64,000 bases of DNA from the human T2T-CHM13v2.0 reference genome, Homo sapiens. The stretch lies in assembly GCF_009914755.1 (NCBI RefSeq), contig NC_060939.1; one strand, given 5' to 3'. The translations under genes were made by a program, and so were the position numbers. This document shows, one piece after another, positions 41,178 through 54,157 of this stretch. The notes under the pieces were generated by a model. That model saw only the letters and a program-made list of their open reading frames with translations. It had not been told where the DNA came from and searched no databases. Each line of letters starts with the position of its first letter. Position 1 is the first letter of the stretch.

Positions 41178-41505
41178 CTGGTGAACTTCTGGTTACTCTT
41201 TAAGACCTAGGCTGAAAGTCACCCACTCCCGTCGCACTATGTGGTCTTTTACAACTCTTACAAAATATGCTTCTCTCAGTGCTCCCAAAATCTCTTTACA
41301 TGTTTTCTAAACACAGGTCACATTGCATGCACAACGTGTTTTGTTTTCACGTCTCTCTAATTTACAGGATTGTGAGTTCCTCATGGTAAGGGCAGCAATC
41401 ATTTGATGTTTCTGGTCTGCAAGACCTCTCTCATGTCCTGCTATATAGGAGGCACTCACTTAACATTAAATACCTAAGTAAGATAAAGAATGCATGGATA
41501 AACAA
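41170..41505 (+). mobile_element. L2 3' end
   Basis: cacctggtgaacttc...gattgtgagttcctcatggtaaggg...ataggaggcactca. Confidence 0.6.
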
Positions 41506-42046
41506 AATAAATAGATACACTAATCTTGAACTCTTACAAATAACTAGGTAAGAGAGATTATACATCATTCTATTTGCACGGTTTTGAAAAAAATTCTTCC
41601 TCCTAAGAGATCATGATGGGCAGAGTGCTGGAACAAATTTTATCTATGAAAGAGTTGATGTTTTCCAGGCAGAGGAGTTGTGATAATGAGGATTAAGGCA
41701 TACAGCCTATTGCCTGGGAGTAGAAAGAGTAATATTAAATACTAGGGTTAGCTATTATTTATAAAGTTATGGTAATCTTTCTTGAAGATATCTGGATTTC
41801 TGAATTAGGTTCTTACACCTGTAACAACAAAAACAGTAACATGTCTTCAAAAAATCAAAATCAACTTATATCTAGTTTTAATTCCTAGTAAAATTGGCAG
41901 GAAGATGGTAGGTGAAGTCTGCAATCATACTCACGGCAAGAGTCAACTTCAAAATATTTGGGGCCTAGTCTACTAACCACCAGAGAGGCCTTTACTTCCT
42001 GAAGTGGTCTTTCTAGAAGGGCTGTTTCAGGAAGGTAGTCTCTCCT

Positions 42047-42157
42047 TTCAACCAATATTTATGAAGCATCTACCATGTGAGAGTCTTTGTGCTAGGCTCT
42101 GTGAGAGCTATAGAGAGGTGAATAAGCCACGGTTATTGCCCTCAAGGAATTTTCAAT
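42047..42157 (-). mobile_element. L2 tail fragment
   Basis: ttcaaccaatatttatgaagcatctaccatgtg...tgccctcaagga. Confidence 0.65.
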
Positions 42158-42769
42158 AAAAACTTGTCTTCAGACGCCAAAAAGCAAGGGGTACTATCAC
42201 TACACAAAGAAATAAGATAGTTTGGAGTAGAGAATCACATACCAACTCTTGGTACAGTTATAAAAGGCATGTTCAAAAGTGATTTGTTTGTGAAAATCTC
42301 ATTTCCATTTGAGTTTCTGTTTTGAGCATTAGGAGGTACAGATCATTAGAGCAAACCATGTGCAGAAGTCACCTAGCCCCTAGTTTCAAATCCCCCATGA
42401 CTATCAGATGATAGAGGAAGGTTAAAAGAAAAAACGAAAGATAAAATTTTGTCATCTATAATCTAGGTGAACTCATCTCTGAATCGTACTGGGATCTTAA
42501 AAGAAGAATATCACAGAAGGGAAAGAAAACGGAGGGGCGCTGGCAATGGCTAAGAAAACTAACCAAGCTATAGAACTGTCCCCAGAAAGGCATGGTCAGT
42601 ATCTGAAGGGCATCATTTGTCCCCCTGAAGAAGTAAACTTTCCTCCACAAAATGTAAGATCCAAACTAGTAGTGGTAATCTCCTAGCAATGTTCCTATCC
42701 CATTTACAGTTGGGACTGTAGCCGAAGTGAACAGCATCCAACCACTACCGGAAAGAGATATGTGATCGT

Positions 42770-42960
42770 AATAACACCAGAAATTTAATAAGCATTTACC
42801 ATGTGCCAAGAAGTGTACTACACACTTAATCTCCAAGACCACACACAAAAAAGTATATTTTATAGGTGATAAAACAGACGTTTAGAAGTTCATTATCTTA
42901 CCCAAGGTCATACGACTAGGAAGTAGCACCAACTTCTTTGATTCTAGAAACTGTACTTCT
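42770..42960 (-). mobile_element. MIR
   Basis: agcatttaccatgtgccaag...cttacccaaggtcatacgactaggaagt. Confidence 0.65.
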
Positions 42961-43282
42961 GAAGCTCAATAACTAGGTTGAGGATCAGAAACTCAGCCCA
43001 ATGGGCTGAACTCCAAGGCCAGGACTCTACTTCTGACATTTGTAAGGCAGAAGCCTGGTCACAATGGCAAGTATGGAAAAAGAGAAAAACTTGTAATTCA
43101 CTGGCCACAAATACCTAGGACCTATAAATTTAGGGAAACAAAACCAATTTTAATTCCCCATTAGTGAGATAAATCTCAATGAAAACAAACAAACAAAAAA
43201 AGGAAGTGAAATTAAATACAGCATACAATATTTGAGAAATACCTAATATGAAGAATATTTTCCTTCAGTTGTTTTAATAGTG

Positions 43283-43499
43283 AGTGTGTGAGCAAAGTTA
43301 CTTTAATAATTCTTTTTCTAATATAACTATCATCTTTATGGAATCTCAGTGAACTGCTCCATATGTAATATAGGCTTTAGGTGAAAATTAATTAAAATTA
43401 AAAGGCAAAGTCCCTGTTTGTGTTAAAAGGTCAAACCAGAAGCTTGGTAATCCTCTCCATATTCTATTCTATAGAATTATTATTTCTCCATTACTTCAC
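43283..43499 (+). repeat. Dispersed direct duplication C, copy 2, followed by (tacttggata)-type filler to ~43640
   Basis: Matches 40953-41177. Confidence 0.93.
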
Positions 43500-44098
43500 T
43501 TTGTACTTGGATAAATTATATTACTTGGATACAATACATTACTTGGATACAGAATATTGGAGATACATATATACTATATATATAATAGTATATTACTAGG
43601 ATAAAGTGTATATTACTCCTTTATACTTGGATATATTAATAAATATGGTCCTGTATCTTCTCTCTTAAATGTCTTTAAAAATGGGATTTTAATGTAGGAT
43701 GGCTTAAGAGAACCAATATAGAAAGAGATAACAGATTCTGGGGCCAATTAAGGTATGAAATCCTAGAAAACAGGTGTCTTATCGACTTGATGAGACATCA
43801 GAAGATAAACTGTACACAGACTCTGGAAAATTACTAGCTTTCATTGAATACAAGATGCTGCAACAAGTCTTCACAAAGAAATTAATGAAACTGGCTTTGG
43901 TTATTATCCTCTTCTGGCAAACTTCTTTTTCTTAGGGGGTTAAAAAGATACACAGAAGGCAGATAAAAGTGTTATATACGTGCAATTTTAGTTCCACTTC
44001 ATCTTTGACAACAACTGAGCTTCACAAAATGGCTTCTGTTCCCAGCATGCTCTTTCCCCATTTCCCCACTTAAATCTAGGGAGAACACGCTATCATTC

Positions 44099-44116
44099 TG
44101 CCACTAGATGGCACTG
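44099..44116 (+). promoter_or_regulatory. CTCF core motif
   Basis: tgCCACTAGATGGCActg fits CCACYAGRKGGCR in non-repeat DNA; binding not shown. Confidence 0.65.
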
Positions 44117-44862
44117 CCACAAATTGGGATGGACAGTACTCTGTGGACCCTAAACTTCTAACAATTTAGAGAAAAAGCAATAAAGATTAAATATACAACA
44201 AAATGCAATAAACATTAGAGTGATGCAGAGAACAGTGCAACAAACAAACAAAATATACTGAAAGAGTATTGTCCCAATGGGACATAAATCAGGAAAGATC
44301 CTACTTTATGACTAGATTCTCTCTCGGATACACTAAGATATAATGTTATTTGTCCAACACATTTTGGCTCCCGATATTTTTCCTTTCAAGCTATTGAAGT
44401 TAATATTTAACAAACACATTTTCTGCCAAGTTTTAATGTGATATCATCCTCTGAAGAAACAAAGTCCAGAAATAATTTGTCTTTCTGGCAATATTTATTA
44501 GTATTTTGACACAAAACCTGAATTATTATTGAAAGTAAATAGGAAATCAAGGACTCAGATCTCTTGAATTTTTTTAAGGTGCTCTCAAGGTTAACATGTA
44601 CTCTGTGGCAATGAAGAGGCGGATAAATAAAGGCTATATGGTGTCATATAATCTGTAATATTTCCTATAACTGTGACTATTTTTTAAATAAATTTTTCTA
44701 GATGACAAATTTAATTTCCCCTTTGGTTTTGTTTATACGTTGGAGTCTCTGGTGTCAGAGAACTGAACACAAAGCTAAGTACTCCAGGTCTCTCTACTTT
44801 TCTTTTGACTCTGAAATTTACAGCTGTGAACTTCCCATAAGATCTTTTTATTTCAAAAGAAT

Positions 44863-45015
44863 TATGTATGTAATGTGTAGTTTAATATAATTATATATAA
44901 TTGATTATATAATTGAAGATATAACTATATTTATATACTATTATACATTATTATATGTTATATATAATTATGTTGTTAATTATAGTTTATTTTATATATG
45001 AATATACATATATAT
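44863..45015. repeat. AT-rich low-complexity (TA-type) tract
   Basis: Degenerate tatata/attata repeats. Confidence 0.85.
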
Positions 45016-45310
45016 CTCCATTAAAAAATGTCTCAACTTGGTAAGGAAAAGAAAAAGGAACTAACTTGAGTCCCATTCAGGAAGTTCCTGAAACGCCTAC
45101 TAAAACAATGTGAAAGACAGCAAATTCCCGTCTTCTCACAGCTGGCTGTGTTTAAAAGAACCACAGGAAATGAACCAGCTTTCAACCTGTTAGCCACTTT
45201 CAACGGGCAAATGGCTGCAAGCCCTTGGGGACCAAGGGATCGATTTAAGATGGCACAGCAAAGCTGAAAACTGGCCCCAGTCCAGCAGTTTCAGCCTTGA
45301 ATTAATAGGG

Positions 45311-45375
45311 GTGTGTGTGTGTGTGCGCGCGTGTGTGTGTATAAAACAGTACATACACGCACACACCCACACACA
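45311..45375. repeat. (GT)n(GC)n(GT)n followed by an inverted (CA)n
   Basis: Alternating purine-pyrimidine tract with a complementary arm downstream. Confidence 0.85.
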
Positions 45376-46409
45376 GCCAATAAATGTTATATGAACTCTG
45401 CATGCCTTCTGTTCTAAATTTAAACAGGAAATAAAGTTAGGTCATTGCTACCTTTTGGTCAGGGCAAGGATGACAATCACAAAAATTTTGCAAAACATAT
45501 TCAAAGAAGGAAACAGGAGGAAGGTGTGATAGGGGTTTGACTGTCTACCAAAACAGTCCAAAAAATAGTTTATAATAAACATCTTAGGCCCACAGAAAGG
45601 CTGTGAATGCCAGAGTGAATTTTTCCATCCTCCAGCAATGCCTTTATTGTGATGGTCTGGACTGTAATTAGGGCTTTTCTTGAACAGGTATTGGAGAGAC
45701 AGTGAACAGGGTCATTTGTGAGCATTTGCTTCTGTTCCGGGGAAAAACGGCCCAGTCAGTCACTGAGAGTTTGACTCCTTAAAGAGCTTTACCATTCCTT
45801 CACAGTTGTTTGTTCTGAGACTACAGATAGACCAAGGAAAATCTGAAACCCTCCAGAAGCATTTCTTTCACAACGAGCCACTACACTGAAGCATATAGTA
45901 TTTGACAGCCTTTTGTGAGTAGCAGAGTCCGTGGATTTTTTTCTCTCCAGCAGTGATATCCTTTCACCTCATTATAAAATATAACCTGTCATAGCTAAAT
46001 TGAGGAGTTTTTTAACAGGGCTGGAAAACTCATCTTTAATTACTGCATAGGAGAATGCTTCTGAATTATCAACTGTGCAGAAAAAGACTGAAAGGCAATC
46101 TGACCACTGCAAGAAACAGACATTCCTTGATAGAGAAGCCATGTTGTTGGGTTTTCAGTTTCTCGGGTGATGGTGCTTTGATAGTGATGGCTTTGAAATT
46201 CATATAAGATGAAGAAGAAAAAGAAGCACTTTCATTAGCCTAGTAGTATTGTGTGTACGCTTAACTGTCTATGCACAAATTGGTTTAAGGATTTTATTGG
46301 GTTGTTAGTCTTAGATTATAAATATCTAGATGTGAACTCCAGGACATTTTCTAATGGAAGTTTTCTTTATATCAGCTTAATGTGTTGGTTACTATCCCAA
46401 GTTTTGACA

Positions 46410-46626
46410 GACTTGCTTCCAAAATTCAAGCTCTGCTACTAACTAGCTGATAATCTTGGCAATTACCAACTCTCTAAACTTTGGTTATCTTATCTGCAAA
46501 AGGGAGAGTTCATCGTACCTACCTCATATGCCTGTTGAGAATATTAAATGAGATAATGAATGTGAAGTGTTTATCAAAGTGCTCAGAGTGTTATAACCAC
46601 TCAATAAACAGTAGCTATCATTACTA
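46410..46626 (+). mobile_element. MIR (MIRb-like)
   Basis: gctctgctactaactagctg...gtacctacctcat...attaaatgagataatg...ctcaataaa. Confidence 0.8.
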
Positions 46627-46899
46627 GAATTGCATTGAATTTTTGATAGTTTTGTCTGAGAATGAAAATTATATTTTCTAAGGTAGACTAAGAATTAAAA
46701 AGAAGTGTCCCTTTTTTGCAAGTGGGCATAGGAAACAATTCTTCAGATGTCTGTCTCCCAGTTACAGAAACAGGACAGGAGACAAACCAATAGACCCTTG
46801 GACATCGGACACACCAAGTCCTATTTTAAATATGTCCTCTCAAAGCCAATATTTTGATTCTGCAGATTAGTCAATTACTCAAGCTATTTCTCAAAAAAA

Positions 46900-47075
46900 G
46901 AAAAGTTTCCAATGGACAAATAACTGGGAAATGCTAAATATAACATTTCAGTCTTGGAAATTCACAATGCACACTGGTATATTAAACATTTCAAAAAGTC
47001 TTGCAGTAAAGAAATCATGTTTACTTTGGCTGATTCAGGTTCCCCAAGCCTACCTGATAATATAACATTTTTTTT
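46900..47075. mobile_element. MER103-like hAT-Charlie fragment
   Basis: tcttggaaattcacaatgcacac...aagtcttgcagtaaagaaa. Confidence 0.65.
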
Positions 47076-47097
47076 TCACCCAGTGGTTATTGCTGCA

Positions 47098-47300
47098 CTA
47101 ATAATTCATTCAGTATATTACATGCCAGCCACGGTGTCAAGCATTTTACATATATTAACTCATTAAATCATAACAACAATACTATGAGATTGGTATCCTT
47201 ATTATTTCTATTTTACTCGCCCAAGATTGCTCAGTCACTAAGTGATAGCAGGATTCAAATCCTAGCACTCTGACGTGAGTCACATTCTGAATCAGCATTT
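47098..47300 (-). mobile_element. MIR
   Basis: catgccagccacggtgtcaagcattttacatatattaactcatt...ggattcaaatcc. Confidence 0.7.
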
Positions 47301-47341
47301 TATATTGCTTCTTATGATATGCAATATGTGTATCAGTTACG

Positions 47342-47760
47342 TGTTAATCAGTTCTGGCATTGCTATTACATAAAGAAATACCCAAGGCTGGGTAGTTTAT
47401 TAAGAAAGAGGTTTAATTGGCTAATGCTTCTACGGGCCGTACAAGAAGCATGATGCTGACATCTGCTTCTGGCGAGGGCTTCAAGGAGCTTGCAATCATG
47501 GCAGAAGGTGAAGGGGTGAACTGATTCATCACACAGCAAGAGCAGGACCGAGAGAGAGAGAGACAGAAGCCACACACTTTTAAACAACTAGATCTGATGT
47601 GGACTCAGTGTGAGAACTCACTCATCACCAAGGGGACGGTGCTAAGCAATTCATGAGGGACCCATCTGCATGTTCCAAACAATTCCTACTAAGCCCACCT
47701 CCGACACCGGGGGTTACATTTCAACATGAGATTTGGAGGACAAACATCCAAGACATATCA
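47342..47760 (-). mobile_element. MSTB-like MaLR solo LTR
   Basis: gtacaagaagcatgatgctgacatctgcttctgg...atttcaacatgagatttggagga...catatca. Confidence 0.85.
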
Positions 47761-47829
47761 ATTTGGGATGTTTTACCTCCAAATAACAGAAATCTCAGTC
47801 AAAATTGATTTAAAGAAAAGAGGGAGTTT

Positions 47830-48145
47830 GTCAGACATGGTGGCTCACGCCTGTAATCCCAGCACGTTGGGAAGCCAAAGTGGGCAGATCACTTGTGGTC
47901 AGGAATTTGAGACCAGCCTGGCCAACATAGCGAAACCCTGACTCTACTAAAAATACAAACATTGCGGTGGTGCACGCCTATAATCCCAGCTACTCAGGAG
48001 GTTGAGGCAGGAGAATCAGTCGCTTAAATCCAGGAGGCAGAGGTTGCAGTGAGCTGAGATCACAGTACTATACTGTAGCCTGGGCAACAGAGAGAGTGAG
48101 ACTCCGTCTCAAAAAAGAAAAACAAAACAAAAACAACCAAAGGAC
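47830..48145 (+). mobile_element. AluS (Sx/Sz-like)
   Basis: Dimer with a small deletion; TSD agggagttt. Confidence 0.92.
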
Positions 48146-48949
48146 TAAGGGAGTTTATGGTCACACTTAACTAAAAAATAGTGTGAGTTTCAAGCACCAG
48201 GTGTGTATGCAGCTTCATTCTCTGAAATTCACTCATTCATCTCTGACGTCCTCCTTATGTCAGCTTCATCCCCAGGCAGCTCCCTTATATTATAGTAGTC
48301 TCTCCAGGTAGTACCTGCTTATCTCCAAACAGAAGAGAAAGCTTCCTTTCCTCCAAACATTGAATAAAATTGTTAGCCTCTTCTGATTAAGCCGTATGCC
48401 CACCTTGTATCATTCACTATGGCCATAGAAATGTGAAGTGCTGATTGTTTTCGGTTTGTTTACACCTCAACAAATTATGGTAGAGTGGATGGGCTTAGGT
48501 CAGTCAGGGCCCATTTGTGAAGCTGAGATTACAGCCAATTCCAGGCAAGCTGCATTACAGGGAAATTGGGTTTTTCCAGGAAAGAGAAATGGAGAAATGG
48601 AGTCCTGTAGATTTTGCTTTGAATAAAAGAATCCCCATTCAAGCCTAAGGTAAGTGTTCTGTGAAATATACTTTCAAAAATACCATTCCTATTTTTCTTT
48701 TTCTTATTCCTGCACCCTCTAGTGTCTTATAACAAAATGGAGAAAAGGGGGTTAGGGAAACTGAAGCCAATGGAGACAATACATCTAAGCCTTGACTTTT
48801 CCCTGACAATTTTACCTCTTGTTCCATCAATCCTGACGGTTCCTACAACAGAAATAGACTATAGAACTGTCTTGACAATTTTCAATTGGGAAATAGAAGT
48901 GGCTCTGCAATCTATTAATTATTTTAATAAAAAACACCTAACTTCTTCT

Positions 48950-49540
48950 CTGTATTTTAAACAACCCAAAGGATATGGAACCATAGAGTAGAAGTAAAAT
49001 CACACTTCCCTTTGCTCACTCTTTCTATTCTCCTTCTCAGAGGTCATCAATTTGGTATATATATATTCCTAAACTCTCCAAATAGATACACACATAAAAA
49101 TATATCTTTTGTAACATAAATGGGAACATGTTTTTTTTCACTTAGATATACATCTAAGTATATTCCCATCAGTACAAACAGATCTTCATTCTTTTTAACT
49201 GCTGCATAGAATATCACAGTATGCATGTACTGTCACTTAAGTTTTTCCAGTTGTGCCTTGGCAAACATGTAAGAATTTCTAATGCTTTTTACTATCTAAA
49301 AAAGAAAGGCTCAAATTCCTGCCCCATCCTTGTACTTGCTACTTTTAGCACATGTGAAAGTTTTTCTCTAAGACTACAACCCACCAGTGAAATTGCTTGG
49401 TTAAAGGAGTTTGAACACTTTAAATTTTGATAGAATTTACCAAATTGCCCTCCAAAAGACTGCTCCAATTTACACTCCCACCAACAGCGTCTAAGAGTAC
49501 CTGTTTCTCCACTGGATATTAGCAATCTTTTCGCATTCAA
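48950..49540 (-). mobile_element. L1ME 3' fragment
   Basis: cattctttttaactgctgcatag; ccaaattgccctccaaaag...caatttacactcccaccaacag. Confidence 0.75.
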
Positions 49541-49669
49541 TTTCAAAGAGTAATCAACAGGACTCCAGTTAACTCTGTGATGAAAGTGGCTCCCTAACAG
49601 CTTTAAGAATGTATCATTAGACACAAAAGAAAACAATTATTTGGTGTGACCTCACTCTGTGATTGGTAT

Positions 49670-49920
49670 TATAATAATAATAATAATAATAAAACCCTCT
49701 TGATTGAACAGCTACTTACCTTAGACTTTAAAGGCATTAACTACCTGCCTTACAGTGTTTTTAAGAGGTCAATAAAGGTTATTTATCCCCATTTTGCAGA
49801 TGCAGATTTTAAAGCATAATAAAGTAAGTAAAAATTTCTACTAGGGTGTGTAGAAGAATGGAAAATAAGAATGCAGTTCTTTTGAGTTTCTACATCTTCA
49901 TTTTCTGGTGATAAGGCAGC
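49670..49920 (-). mobile_element. Degenerate MIR
   Basis: ttatccccattttgcagatg core. Confidence 0.45.
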
Positions 49921-52900
49921 CTCTCAAATCCAAAAACAAAGCTCTGACATGCAACCTTTTATAGCCAGTGAAAATCCAGCTACTTGCCTTAGAAGCAAAT
50001 TTCTTCCTTAACTCCCACTTAAAGCTGAATCACAACTAAGAAATACAATCGAGTGCAAACCAAAGAAACTTCAGGTTCAGTTTTTAGACATGTGGTGGCC
50101 TTCGCTTCCTCTGGGAAAGGTTACTAGTGTCCTTTCATTGGCTGTCCCTGCTGATGTGGAGGGAAATGAACAGAAAATAAGGTGCAATCTGAAGAATTCA
50201 ATATTAACTTCTCCTATGCTCCTAGATAGTCATGGAAAAATTCAAGGACTTATAAACTTAAAGTCCCCATAGAGTAGGTGACAGAAACACTGGCACTTGG
50301 GGCACTTTTGTCATCATCGCTTCGAGCTCAGCCCCAGATATATGTCCCAGAGGGAAGCCATGCGGGCTTTAATGCATATCTGGTTTCTTTGCAGAGAAGT
50401 CACAACTTACCCAACATACTTGTTCACAGAAAATCTAAATGAAATCTCAGATTGATGACAGCTGGCCCAGGGAAGGCAAGAACACCCCTTCACATGTGGG
50501 AGCAAGCTACTTGCACACCTTGAGATGAATACGTTTCTTCTAAGTATTTGGTTGTTTTATAGATTTCAATCTCAGGTCAACAGATTGTAATGGCATCAAT
50601 ACAAATATAAAGCAGTCACAAGGATTGTGACAAAGTGGATTTCTAGACCGGAAATGAATTTTTTCTTAAATTAAGAATGCTTAGCTAGTGTAAGAGTAAA
50701 TGTCAATATTCTTCTGCAAAGAGTTTTCTTTTCTCTATTTCTGGCTTCAGTACCTTGACTTGGAGGCACAATCCTGTTCTACATCTACCCAGGCTCCATC
50801 AACATCCAGTATTCCCTGTCTAAAGCTTTGACACATTTGTCACAACAGCTAAGGTTGAGGAAAGGAGTTGAAACGATTTCACAAGGCTTGTTATGACTCA
50901 CATGGCCCCTCTGTAGTCCTCTTAACTTCCTTTGTTCCCATCCTTCCAATAAAACATGAGCACCAGCCGTTTCCCCTTGCACAGTGTGAGGCAGAAAGGC
51001 TGAAGCCTTTGAGCTCCTGTTCCAGTCTACAGATCATTAGAGCAGATGATACTGTTCAGTACATCAAACCCTTCATGCCAACTTCTAAATGAGGGAGAAA
51101 ACTGAAGTGATGACAATGATCTATCAGTACCCCTTTTAATAAAGATACTTTTCGTTAATAAAAATGCTCCTTTTAATAAAATTTAAAGAAAATCTTAAGG
51201 CCTTAGGACCATGTGGAGAGGGGGTTGGGAGTATAGGTAAGAAGAGAGAGGAGAGTGACTGGAAAAAAATGAAGTGGAGAAGGAATAAAGAAAATAAAGG
51301 ATACATATTTGGTGTCCTGGGTGTATTATCCTGCTGCTCAATCTCCCACTAAGATCTGTAGATCTGTGGTTCTTTAGAAGACATCAGATAACTCCAACTG
51401 TTTTCTAAAGTTTAAATATCACAGATTGATAGGCCCTGAGTTAGGATGGAGACATCTGTGGTTGAATGTGTCTCTGGGAGACAAGGATAATGACAACTTG
51501 TATTTTCAGAGGGTCTTTCTCTCAAAGCAGAAGGCATTTCATACATTTGATCTAATTATACTTCCACAACAATGATGGCATCTGGGAAGAAAGTAGGAGT
51601 TGGGACAGTGAGTGTTATGGAGGTAAGGATGTAAATACCATTATCATTATTTCTTGCCTAATGAAAATAAAACATGGAGTGTTTCTAAAAGTGCCCTAAG
51701 ACACAGTTTTTAAGCTCCTTAGCTGCTCTAATTTTTTATTCAAATAAAAACTGATGCTAAACACTAACATAAAAAACAGAAACAAACCCATCTCTGAAAA
51801 AAATAAAATCAATGCTGAACTGCCTTTGATGAAACTGCCTTAGGGTCCTACCTGTCTACTCTTTTTCTCTACTTTTCTCTATCCTTTAAAACTAATAGAA
51901 ATAAGTATTAGAGAGAAATAATTACTTTCCCAGATGAGGCAATAAAGAAACTACCAATGTAGAATATGAATCAATCTCCCAAATTCTATTCCAGTCAAGC
52001 GATATAACCACCCAAGAATGATAAAGAACTAGCACCTGTTGTTACAAGCGAGGGATACAAAGTTTATCTTCACAAACCATCATCACGTACAACCTAGCTA
52101 TCTTTTTAACACATTTTCCTGTGGAAATAAAATTTATTGAGAAGGATTTTAATAACTGCATGGTAGCATTACATTTGCCAACCACAGAATTATGACTCTG
52201 CTTACCGCAGGCATTCTGAGAACACAGACTGAACTTATTGACATGACTTTTTATTACTGTCTTATAATATAATTGTTACAAATTCTATGAAGGCCAAGTT
52301 TTACCAAAGTTTCTGGAAACATCATTTTTGGACTTTCAAATTTGACAAAGGAAAGCCCCACCCTACGTCTATCCTTCTCAGGATGCTAATGCAGTATTGC
52401 TAGTAGTAGCAAGTACATGCGTTCATTGAAGGAGATATGAACTAAAAATATGACCCTATGGATCTGTTATGACTAAGAAGGAATGTCTTTCTGTGGCAGC
52501 TAAGTGACGTGACAGTCTGGAGCAGATTCCAAGCAACCCACATCCTCTCTTAGTGCCAGAGGAAGGTTTGCGGCCTAGGATGAAAGTGATATGATAAAAG
52601 TGTGTGAAATTCTATCGGAAAACAACTCAAGTGTCCTCATTTATTTTTTCCAACCTGTGTAATGGAATTTTTAACTGTATTTTGCAGGTCCTCTCTACCC
52701 AGTGTGACCTCCAAATATGCACTATAGGGAAAATACAACAAAAAATCAAAGGCAAAGCTGGCTTAAGTTCTTGTCTTTTGCTGTTTCTATCAATGCAAAT
52801 TAAATTTTTAAAATTCTTTTTCTATGATAATACTTCACTTTTACTGTGATTTTTGGTAAGAAACTCAAAATGCCTTGTAGTCCATGAGTCATGGTCTATC

Positions 52901-53757
52901 TTAGACTGGAGTGTCACCACATGTCTTAGTGTGTTACTAGTAGACCAAAAGCAAAGGCAAAAGGAGAAATTCTAAAGAAAGAGAAAAGTGAGAAGTTGGA
53001 AAATACAATAAAAAGAAGTGATTGAGAATATAATGAAAGAAAGTGATTGGGAAGAAAAGGATAAGAAGAATGAGAAAGAGATGAGTTTGAAAGGATTAAG
53101 TACCCAGGAATGTCACCTGTGATTATGGACCATCAATCAAATGTTAGAAAAGCCAAACAATATTGTCTATCTACCTGTACATATGAAGAGAATCAGGGAA
53201 GTTACGTTATTTTCACACATCATAATCATTATAACACAACAATCTTTTACAAATTGAAAAATAGACTTCAGCAGCTTTATAAGGTATAGCTACTATTGAT
53301 TATAGACACATAATTATTGAACAATGAATTTTTTATTCATGCTATTTCTGCTCCTCAAACCCACAACAAGTAATTAACAGAATTGGCATTAGAATCTACT
53401 CGTTTGTCATTTTTTCTCTAAATCTCGAGGTCCTTGCACTCTCCTAACATTTAATTGAAGGTCTGTACCTAGAGTAGGCAACTTTGGGGCAGTGGAGACA
53501 CTGCTTGACAATGATCAACAATATTTACACACATGTTCTTATACATCTGTGGCTCCCAAACTTCCTAAGACAGAAGATTTGATTAGGTCAGTCTTTCAGC
53601 ACCCACAGTGGTGGGCAGGCTTGCTCGTTTCCAGTCCATAAATCTTTGCACCTGGCACTAATCTATGGTAAAATAGTCGTGACAAGCCTTCCTGGGTTCA
53701 TCTGACTAAATGCATGTGAAATAAGCCATAGCAGGGATAAGAACAAAGAAAGACTGG

Positions 53758-54157
<400 letters not shown>

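Larger units (their letters stand above)
47329..48600 (-). mobile_element. Old MLT1 (J/K-like) LTR interrupted by an MST LTR and an Alu
   Basis: aataacagaaatctcagtcaaaattgatttaaa; gtcagcttcatccccaggcag; tcactatggcca...tgctgattg. Confidence 0.5.

Noticed and set aside
42993-43009. Short palindromes such as tcagcccaatgggctga (also near 44270 and 49140)
   Set aside because: Arms of 7-8 bp occur by chance at this window size
49714-49722. Consensus donor AAG|GTAAGT on the minus strand
   Set aside because: Lies in a decayed MIR with no clear partner acceptor
50411-50434. 24-nt minus-strand microexon candidate (tttcatttag|...TGG|GTAAGT)
   Set aside because: Weak polypyrimidine tract and no host gene evidence; expected by chance
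52206-52215. 10-nt minus-strand microexon candidate
   Set aside because: Not frame-preserving and no supporting context
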